A stretch of DNA of 24,000 nucleotides from Pseudomonadota bacterium (lineage in GTDB: Bacteria > Desulfobacterota > SM23-61), in contig JAHJQK010000195.1 in the NCBI GenBank assembly GCA_018819135.1, forward strand, positions 1 to 24,000, given 5' to 3'. Shown here one piece after another: positions 8,092 to 14,040 of the stretch. Made by a program: the position numbers and the translations under genes. The notes beneath the pieces were generated by a model. It ran no database searches, had not been told where the DNA came from, and saw nothing but the letters and a program-made list of their open reading frames with translations. Every line of letters begins with the position of its first letter. The stretch's first letter is position 1.

Positions 8092-8384
8092 CGTGGACCG
8101 AATCAGCTTGGAGAGATCTCGAAGAAGTTGCAGATTATATTGCTAAGGATTCTCGCCACTATGCAGCGGCATTTGTTCGTGAAGCACGGGATGCTGCACG
8201 GTCATTGGCTTATCTAGCGGAGCGAGGCCGTACAGTTCCCGAATTCAATGATCCGGGTATCCGCGAGCTTTTTGTGAGGAGTTATCGTCTCATCTATCAG
8301 GTAGCAGAGCAAGTTGTATATATTATCGGATTTATTCATGGTGCACGTGATTTGTGGGCACTTTGGGAGCGAGAAAGACGATAG
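8076..8384 (+). CDS. ParE/RelE-family type II toxin
   Basis: WTESAWRDLEEVADYIAKDS...YRLIYQV...VYIIGFIHGARD is the plasmid-stabilisation ParE/RelE pattern. Confidence 0.8.
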   Translation: MDREVTWTESAWRDLEEVADYIAKDSRHYAAAFVREARDAARSLAYLAERGRTVPEFNDPGIRELFVRSYRLIYQVAEQVVYIIGFIHGARDLWALWERERR

Positions 8385-8396
8385 CGTTCTGAGGAC

Positions 8397-8538
8397 GCAG
8401 CGGCCTATCGGGGCGCCCGTGTTCCCGAGGGCACGGCGCTGACCGCTCCGCGGCACAGCGCCTATCTGCCGGTTTCCCGGCAGATGCCCAAATGTCCCTG
8501 CGGGACACTTCGGGAACCCGGGCGCCCCGTTAGGCGAC
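8397..8538 (+). repeat. Structured GC-rich repeat, copy 1 (attC-like, REP-like or MITE-like)
   Basis: ~93% identical by hand alignment to 10881-11023. Outer arms ggcctatcggggcgcccgtgttcccgag and cttcgggaacccgggcgccccgttaggc are near reverse complements. Internal hairpins are atctgccgg-tttc-ccggcagat, gtccc-tgc-gggac and ggcgctg...cagcgcc. It ends in GTTAGGC and starts 13 nt after the ParE stop. Confidence 0.85.
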
Positions 8539-8577
8539 ATGTTTGGATCGGGAAGTATAGGAAATGGTTAAAAAGAT

Positions 8578-8892
8578 ATGAAGTGGTTTGAAGATGTCTT
8601 CAACAGAAATATCCGTTTGACGGATGAGCGTCTGGAGCATACCGAGCTTGACCATCCCGAAATGTCTGGTCAGATTGATAAAATAGCAGAGACGTTGCAA
8701 AACCCTGAGATCGTTATCAGATCAAGATCGGATTCGGAGGTGGAGCTTTTTTATAGGTATTATTCGGAAACGCCTGTCGGAGACAAATACATGTGTGTTA
8801 TTGTTAAAGGGAGAGGTAAAGACCTTTTTATTATAACTGCATATTTTACTGACACCATGAAGAGAGGTGAAACACTATGGCGGAAGCGATAA
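8578..8892 (+). CDS. Putative small toxin (DUF4258-like / barnase-EndoU-RelE-like family guess)
   Basis: The 104-aa product ends in LFIITAYFTDTMKRGETLW, typical of this small-toxin family. It overlaps a downstream DUF2283-like gene by 16 nt. Confidence 0.5.
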   Translation: MKWFEDVFNRNIRLTDERLEHTELDHPEMSGQIDKIAETLQNPEIVIRSRSDSEVELFYRYYSETPVGDKYMCVIVKGRGKDLFIITAYFTDTMKRGETLWRKR

Positions 8893-9092
8893 AAGTTTGG
8901 TACGACAAAGAGGGAGACTACCTTGAAGTTCTCTTTGAAAGAAAAGCCGGTTATTTCAAAGAGACCGAGAACGATGCAGTGATGGAAAAAGTCGATGAAG
9001 AAGGGAACATGATCGGTTTCTCCATATTGAAAGTCAGCGCGCTAAAGGAGCAGAAACCTCTTTCAATTGAATTGAAAAGACACGTCGGCTAA
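8877..9092 (+). CDS. DUF2283-like small protein (putative antitoxin partner)
   Basis: IKVWYDKEGDYLEVLFE...EEGNMIGFSILKVS matches the DUF2283 pattern. GAGGTG RBS. Confidence 0.65.
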   Translation: MAEAIKVWYDKEGDYLEVLFERKAGYFKETENDAVMEKVDEEGNMIGFSILKVSALKEQKPLSIELKRHVG

Positions 9093-9095
9093 CAC

Positions 9096-9141
9096 AGGCC
9101 AAAAGATCGGCATCCAAATGCTTCGCACTTTTTTTTGGCCT
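9096..9141 (+). terminator. Hairpin after the DUF2283-like gene (possible terminator)
   Basis: aggccaaaa (9096-9104) pairs with ttttggcct (9133-9141) inside a T8 run. The 28-nt loop is long for a canonical intrinsic terminator. Confidence 0.3.
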
Positions 9142-9230
9142 TGAACGATTGCAGACAATTCTTGAACCGCTTCTCTCAACAAAGTAATGGGTGCGCAAAA
9201 TCAGAAAAGCCAGAGGAAAATCAGCAATCA

Positions 9231-9569
9231 ATGGAAAGAACGGCAATGACATTAAGGAAAGCTGTGAAAAGCGAAAATGTCTTGGCAGGACTAATCAGTA
9301 AAGCCATCGAATTCAGAGCAGACGAAATCGAAATCGAATATAAGGATGGCTATGAAGAGGTCTTTGCGATGCGCGATTGGTTGGGGATAAGCGTAGGCAA
9401 AATAGAATCAGGTTCAGAAGAAGCCCGTGCGCTTCGGCAATTGCTGCATAAAGTAAAGGGGAAGACGAAAATAAGAGATGGAGAGGATTATCAAATCAGA
9501 GTCGCTATCCATGAGAGTTTTGGCGAAGACGCTTTTCGCTTATCGTTCAGAAGGCTGAAGTTATCATGA
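9231..9569 (+). CDS. Hypothetical small protein coupled to a wHTH gene
   Basis: ATG at 9231 (alternative 9246). The tracked TTG start at 9135 lies inside the upstream hairpin. Its stop overlaps the next start (ATGA at 9566-9569). No motif recognised. Confidence 0.45.
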   Translation: MERTAMTLRKAVKSENVLAGLISKAIEFRADEIEIEYKDGYEEVFAMRDWLGISVGKIESGSEEARALRQLLHKVKGKTKIRDGEDYQIRVAIHESFGEDAFRLSFRRLKLS

Positions 9570-9814
9570 AGTATACAAAACGCCAAGCAGAATACGTGGC
9601 ATTCATCTGCTATTACACCAAGATTCATGGACGCGCTCCGGCAGAACATGAAATCATGGACTATTTTAGGGTTTCTCCTCCGAGCGTCCACCAGATGATA
9701 TTGAACCTTGAGAAGAATGGGCTCATTTCACGCGTTGCCGGTCAGGCACGGTCTATCCGAATTGTAGTTCCGGAAGATGAATTGCGCGAGTTGAAGAAGA
9801 TAGCAGATTTTTAG
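9566..9814 (+). CDS. LexA-N-terminal-like winged-helix DNA-binding protein
   Basis: TKRQAEYVAFICYYTKIHGRAPAEHEIMDYFRVSPPSVHQMILNLEKNGLISR follows the LexA DNA-binding domain pattern. At 82 aa it has no peptidase domain. Confidence 0.6.
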   Translation: MKYTKRQAEYVAFICYYTKIHGRAPAEHEIMDYFRVSPPSVHQMILNLEKNGLISRVAGQARSIRIVVPEDELRELKKIADF

Positions 9815-9834
9815 ACACAAGGAAAGGTTTACCG

Positions 9835-10188
9835 ATGAGCGACAAGGAAAGCAAGGTTATTGGATTTATTGCCCAAAGGAAAGGCACTTTAGACCTTCTT
9901 TGTGATGGAGATTCTGCTATAGTTGCTGGATCTGAAAAGAAAATAAGAGAATATATCTCTACCTCTATGGGCCGAAGTACCTCCAATTACGAAATCAAGA
10001 AGGCGAGATACGGACATATTCTTCAATGCCTAAAGCTCGGAGCAGCGTATTCGTTTGATGAGGAATCTTATAACCGTTTCTATCCTTTGGCTATACAGGA
10101 GGGAAGGAAATTGGTTGAAATCGGAAAAGACGCCAATAAAGCAACAGGGAAAACTGGTCTTCATTTGCTTCGAGTGAAATGGGTATAA
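9835..10188 (+). CDS. Hypothetical protein
   Basis: 117-aa ORF with AAGGAAAGG upstream; no motif recognised. Confidence 0.5.
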   Translation: MSDKESKVIGFIAQRKGTLDLLCDGDSAIVAGSEKKIREYISTSMGRSTSNYEIKKARYGHILQCLKLGAAYSFDEESYNRFYPLAIQEGRKLVEIGKDANKATGKTGLHLLRVKWV

Positions 10189-10373
10189 AGTTTCCTTTAC
10201 CATGATATGGGAAAAAGGCCTTACGCGCCCAAGAGCTGATCGGAATTGCAGTCAAGTGAAAGAGGAGCGGTTCAAGAACTCTGCGCTTCGCTTGGCCTTC
10301 GGGGTCCAAAACAGTGGCTTTCGCAAAGCCGCAGGCGTTGCCTGCGCCTTAATGAAAATCTTGAGAATAGAAG

Positions 10374-10658
10374 ATGAATATCCGTTTTTATATCGATCCG
10401 GAGACAAGTCTACCTCACATCTATAATCATAGGGTTGTCGAGAGCGAGGTTGAGGATGTTTTGAGCAGCCCGGGTGAGGATCGTCCGGGTCGCGAAGGCT
10501 CCCGAGTCGCCATAGGCCAGACACAAGCAGGACGATATTTACGGGTTATTTACGTTCCTGATCCTGAACCAGCAAGTGTTTTTGTAATCACAGCTTACGA
10601 ATTGAAAGGCAAGCCGTTAATCGCTTATCGACGGCGCAGACATAGGAGGCAAAGATGA
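10374..10658 (+). CDS. Putative small toxin (DUF4258/BrnT-like guess)
   Basis: IRFYIDPETSLPHIYNHRVVESEVEDVL...VFVITAYELKGKPLIAYRRRR. It overlaps the downstream gene by 4 nt (ATGA). Confidence 0.5.
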   Translation: MNIRFYIDPETSLPHIYNHRVVESEVEDVLSSPGEDRPGREGSRVAIGQTQAGRYLRVIYVPDPEPASVFVITAYELKGKPLIAYRRRRHRRQR

Positions 10659-10852
10659 AGCAGAGTAAATTTCCACTAGGGTGGGATGAAGAGAGAGTCC
10701 GCAGAGTTCTAGCGCACTATGAGGAACAGACGGAAGAAGAGGCGGTAGCGGAGGATGAAGCAACTTTTGAGGATCAAACACAAACCGTTATGGAGATTCC
10801 TAACGAGCTGGTGCCTTTTGTCCGGGAACTCATTGCCAAGCATCAAACATAG
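10655..10852 (+). CDS. Putative cognate antitoxin, acidic small protein
   Basis: AGGAGG RBS. WDEERVRRVLAHYEEQTEEEAVAEDEATFED is a pattern I recall as the partner of the upstream toxin family. Confidence 0.5.
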   Translation: MKQSKFPLGWDEERVRRVLAHYEEQTEEEAVAEDEATFEDQTQTVMEIPNELVPFVRELIAKHQT

Positions 10853-10880
10853 GACGACGGCAGAAAACAACTAGCTCCTG

Positions 10881-11023
10881 GCGGCGGCCTATCGGGGCGC
10901 CCGTGTTCCCGAGGGCACGGCGCTGACCACTCCGCGGGACAGCGCCTATCTTTCGGTTTCCCGGCAGATGCCCCAAATGTCCCTTCGGGACACTTCGGGA
11001 ACCCGGGCGCCCCGATAAGTGAA
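10881..11023 (+). repeat. Structured GC-rich repeat, copy 2
   Basis: Same orientation as copy 1. By hand alignment it differs by about ten substitutions and one 1-nt indel. It starts 29 nt after the antitoxin stop and ends in cccgataagtga rather than cccgttaggcga. Confidence 0.85.
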
Positions 11024-11340
11024 ATCGGGGGCAAAGGGTTTAAAATGATGCGTGAAATACAATAAAAAATATCAATTGATTGGAGGTTATAATAATGGGA
11101 TATGACGATCTGCAACAAGATGAGGCACATCATCATGATTGGTTGATTAAGAAAATAGAGGATAGGATTTCAAAACTTATGACTGGGGATGTAGAGCCTT
11201 CGATACCGATTCCTCCAAAAAAATCGTTGGAAACTTCACACATAGTTTCACCACCAGAAAAAACCAGAACAATACTAGCAGAATCAAATATAGTTGCTAA
11301 TGTGGATTGCGTATGTCGTAAGAACAGCAGTAATCCTTGT

Positions 11341-11685
11341 AATGCACCATTTGGCCCGGGTCTTCTGCTATCCGCACCGACTGGCGAGATTATCCAGATC
11401 ATTTTTACCAGCGTTGTCGGAGTGACCGCCTTTGCCATTGGTTTGCAGGGATTCGCCGTGGTTCAATGCACCTGGACCGAGCGCTTTCTGGCTTTGGCTG
11501 CAGGGATTTTACTCATTGAACCGGGTTTCATTACCGATGCCGTAGGCGCCTTTATCATTGCCATCTTTGTTTTTTCTCACCATTTACGCTGGCGGCGGAG
11601 CAAGAAAAGAAACTCCGCGGGTAGACGGGATGAAAAAATGACAAGCGGACCGGATAATCTTTTTTGGGGAAAACCTTATGATTAG
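11341..11685 (+). pseudogene. 3' remnant of a TRAP transporter fused-permease gene, read through from an AT-rich ORF starting at 11080
   Basis: VGVTAFAIGLQGFAVVQCTWTERFLALAAGILLIEPGFITDAVGAFIIAIFVF resembles the extreme C-terminus of TRAP 4TM/12TM fusion permeases. Composition switches from AT-rich to GC-rich at about 11340. The upstream part (11080-11340) has no recognisable similarity. Confidence 0.4.
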
Positions 11686-11770
11686 CTAGGATAGGATTAA
11701 GACGGGATGATGGAAGAAACTTCAAAGATTGCCGTTTCATTTCTACAGGTCAAAAAATCAATCTGTACCC

Positions 11771-12043
11771 TTAGTATCTTCTCCCCCGAAAACCGGGGCG
11801 AACTCTGGCCTCTTTGACCAGCAACTCTTTTTCCATAAAACCTTTTTTATTTAGCATGGAGATGGCTTTTTGTGCTTCCCTGCGGGTCGACATTTCCACA
11901 AAAGCAAATCCCCGCGGCTGGCCGCTTTGATGGTCCTTTAAGATCTTAACCGATACGACGTCTCCGGCTTGGGAAAAATGAGTTTTAAGGTCCGGTTCGG
12001 TGGTCTGGAAAGGGAGGTTGCCCACATAAATTTTTGTATTCAT
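11771..12043 (-). CDS. RRM-domain RNA-binding protein
   Basis: RNP-2 IYVGNL, RNP-1 RGFAFVEM, a glycine/arginine tail, and a GAGGAGGG RBS. Confidence 0.9.
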   Translation of the reverse strand: MNTKIYVGNLPFQTTEPDLKTHFSQAGDVVSVKILKDHQSGQPRGFAFVEMSTRREAQKAISMLNKKGFMEKELLVKEARVRPGFRGRRY

Positions 12044-12288
12044 TTTCCCTCCTCATTGATTGTAACAATCGAGGCAAAGAAGAGCTTTTTCGGGAGGAGG
12101 GGAAACCTCCAGCCACAGCTCTTTTCCACAACGGGCGCAGGTTGCCTTAAAGGATTTGGGGGGCGCTTTCCTTTTGGAACTCCTCCGGTAAAAATTTCTC
12201 CTTACCCGTGCCATTTATACCCCCTCATCAAGATTTTTATTTGGGCCCCACGCCAACCCTGATCACCGCCGATGGGCGCGCAGAGAGA

Positions 12289-12318
12289 GACCCCAGGATT
12301 TCATACTCTCCCGGGGTC
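12289..12318 (-). terminator. Possible terminator hairpin downstream of csp
   Basis: On the minus strand, GACCCCGG...CUGGGGUC forms an 8-bp stem with one G-U pair, followed by a weak UCUCUCU tract, 22 nt after the csp stop. Confidence 0.3.
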
Positions 12319-12339
12319 TTACGGTCCGATTTCAGATCT

Positions 12340-12540
12340 TCAGCATTTCACCACATCGATAGCTTGCAGGCCTTTCTTACCCGGAGCGATTTCGAACTCA
12401 ACCTCGTCCCCTTCATGAAGAGCCTTGAAACCGTCTTGTTTAATGGATGAGAAGTGCACGAATAAATCATCGCCACCATCATGAGAAATAAAACCAAATC
12501 CCTTTTGCTCATTGAACCATTTGACTCGACCTCTGGCCAT
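12340..12540 (-). CDS. CspA-family cold-shock protein
   Basis: [15 protein letters not shown] (RNP1) and DLFVHFSSI (RNP2), 66 aa, with a GGAAGGAGGTG RBS. Confidence 0.95.
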   Translation of the reverse strand: MARGRVKWFNEQKGFGFISHDGGDDLFVHFSSIKQDGFKALHEGDEVEFEIAPGKKGLQAIDVVKC

Positions 12541-12599
12541 TGCTTTTCACCTCCTTCCCTTTTACACTGATAAGGTGCAATAGCCCGGGCCGGGGCAAT

Positions 12600-12632
12600 A
12601 AAAAAACCGCATAAGCATCAAGAGCTCTGCGG
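12600..12632 (-). terminator. Intrinsic-terminator-like hairpin inside the csp leader (candidate attenuator)
   Basis: The minus-strand RNA is CCGCAGAGC-UCUUGAU-GCUUAUGCGG: 9 bp with one bulge, one G-U pair and a 7-nt loop, followed by U7. It lies between the predicted promoter and the csp start. Confidence 0.55.
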
Positions 12633-12676
12633 CTTTCTCTATTCCAAACCAAAACTCTTTGCAACTTATAATATAA

Positions 12677-12705
12677 ATATTAGCTCTTTTCTTAGAGGGT
12701 GTCAA
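12677..12705 (-). promoter_or_regulatory. Sigma70-type promoter of csp
   Basis: On the minus strand, TTGACA (12705-12700), a 17-nt spacer and TAATAT (12682-12677). Confidence 0.6.
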
Positions 12706-12859
12706 GGAATAAAACAGAAAAATGTCCCGCTCCACAGCCGATGAAATTCCTCGCTTCTTCCTGGCCTCCTGGAAGTAAAGAGCCAGCAGTATCTTGAAGG
12801 CCCGGTCAGGTAAACAGACCGGGCCTTTTGGAGAAAATCGACCGCCAAGGGAGATCGGG

Positions 12860-13708
12860 ATGTTCATCTACACCTTGAAACGTCTTCTTTTAGCTTTGGC
12901 TGTGGCTTTGGTTGTTTCCGCCCTTAGCTTCGGCCTCCTCTACCTTTCGGGCGATCCGGCGACAGCAATCGGGGGTGAAGCGGCCACCGATACCGACATC
13001 GAATTCATTCGCAAGACCTATGGTTTTGACCAGCCGGTGACGGTTCAGTATCTGACCTGGATGGGCAAAGCCTTTGAGGAAGCAATGGCCGAGGCGCGGG
13101 CCGGCCGAGGAACTGCCGAAGAAAAACCCCTGGTGTTGGCTGACTTTACTGACAATCCTGGATCAGGGGGGTATGGCGATGGCATTAGGCTCCTGCGGGC
13201 GATGATCGAAGCAGACCTTCCCAACGCAGCGTTTGCCTGCGTGCCCCATCCGCAGGCGGTCCAGAAGTGCATTGCCGCCGGAGTCGGCTCAGGAGTGACC
13301 ATGGATTTGGGGGCCAGGATCGATCCCAGAAGCTACGGCCCACCCCTCAGGGTCAGCGGAATTGTGGAACACGTGAGCGATGGGGTCTTCACCTGCCAGG
13401 GACCGATGAATAAGGGAGTTCGGTTCTCCATGGGGCCCACGGCCGTTTTCCGCCACGGCGGGGTTCGAGTTCTGATAACCACCAATAATTTGCAGGTTTA
13501 TGACCTTCAGGTTTTCTTGAGCCAGAAGATCGACCCCCAGACCTGCGAAGTAGTAGCGGTTAAATCCTGGCACCATTTCCGGGCCGCCTTCGAGCCCATT
13601 GCTCGTAAAGTGATGCTGGTGGACAGTGGGGGGCTGGTTTCCATGGACCTCAAGCGCTTCAACTACCGGAAAGTTCGCCGCCCTATCTATCCCCTCGACC
13701 TGGATTGA
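12860..13708 (+). CDS. In-frame chimera: DppB/OppB-type permease N-terminus fused to an MlrC (M81 peptidase family) C-terminal domain; possibly a pseudogene
   Basis: MFIYTLKRLLLALAVALVVSALSFGLLYLSGDPA...IEFIRKTYGFDQPVTVQYLTWMGKA is the start of a Dpp/Opp permease. From FEEAMAEARAG...LADFTDNPGSGGYGDG...VAVKSWHHFRAAFEPIA...RRPIYPLD it is MlrC-C-like. The MlrC N-terminal domain and the rest of the permease are missing. Confidence 0.6.
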   Translation: MFIYTLKRLLLALAVALVVSALSFGLLYLSGDPATAIGGEAATDTDIEFIRKTYGFDQPVTVQYLTWMGKAFEEAMAEARAGRGTAEEKPLVLADFTDNPGSGGYGDGIRLLRAMIEADLPNAAFACVPHPQAVQKCIAAGVGSGVTMDLGARIDPRSYGPPLRVSGIVEHVSDGVFTCQGPMNKGVRFSMGPTAVFRHGGVRVLITTNNLQVYDLQVFLSQKIDPQTCEVVAVKSWHHFRAAFEPIARKVMLVDSGGLVSMDLKRFNYRKVRRPIYPLDLD

Positions 13709-13870
13709 TCGCTATAGGAGGGGATAATTAAGTCCCTTCCTTTTAACCCGGAGATAATCACCGGAAAAAAGTATCTTTCAAAATATCCACCCACCCTCCG
13801 ATCTTTCTCTTGGTTAATTCCCTCCTAAAAAGGAATCTTGAAAGTGTTATCCGGTCAGGAATTTGATCTC

Positions 13871-13899
13871 TTGACCCTGCCCCTAAAATTTCCTACAAT
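13871..13899 (+). promoter_or_regulatory. Sigma70-type promoter upstream of the AOR gene
   Basis: TTGACC (13871-13876), a 17-nt spacer and TACAAT (13894-13899), about 140 nt upstream of the start codon. Confidence 0.45.
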
Positions 13900-14040
13900 T
13901 CCTCCCATAATTCATCCTCTCAGGATAATTTTTTTATTCATTGTAATGTTTTTTCCTCTGCGTTTTAAAAGGCAAGTGGAGGAGAACGGCAACACTGATA
14001 AATTTTCCCATAGTTCAACAAATTTTACGAAAGGGGTTTC

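Noticed and set aside
8214-8540. 108-aa minus-strand ORF containing APGFPKCPAGTFG; its look-alike at 10843-11136 contains APGFPKCPEGTFG
   Set aside because: The shared peptide arises only because both ORFs run through the two copies of the GC-rich structured repeat. The first also runs antisense through the ParE gene. The indel between the copies would shift the frame.
9086-9230. Possible additional attC site after the DUF2283-like gene (GGCTAAC overlapping the stop codon)
   Set aside because: No GTT-containing R' core and no complementary arm occurs in the following ~140 nt; only a simple aggccaaaa/ttttggcct hairpin is present. I therefore do not call a continuous cassette array.
9135-9230. 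TTG-initiated N-terminal extension of the 144-aa tracked ORF
   Set aside because: The TTG start lies inside the upstream hairpin and T-run. An internal ATG at 9231 or 9246 is more plausible.
10202-10524. ORFs 10202-10426 (+) and 10252-10524 (-)
   Set aside because: They span the hairpin-rich GC patch and overlap the better-supported toxin gene at 10374. They have no RBS and no recognisable similarity.
11969-12450. Plus-strand ORFs 11969-12262 and 12208-12450
   Set aside because: They are antisense to, or lie between, the well-supported RRM and Csp genes, and they cover leader and terminator sequence.
12562-12867. 101-aa minus-strand ORF upstream of csp
   Set aside because: It covers the csp promoter, the leader terminator and the start of the plus-strand chimeric gene. 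It has no coding features.
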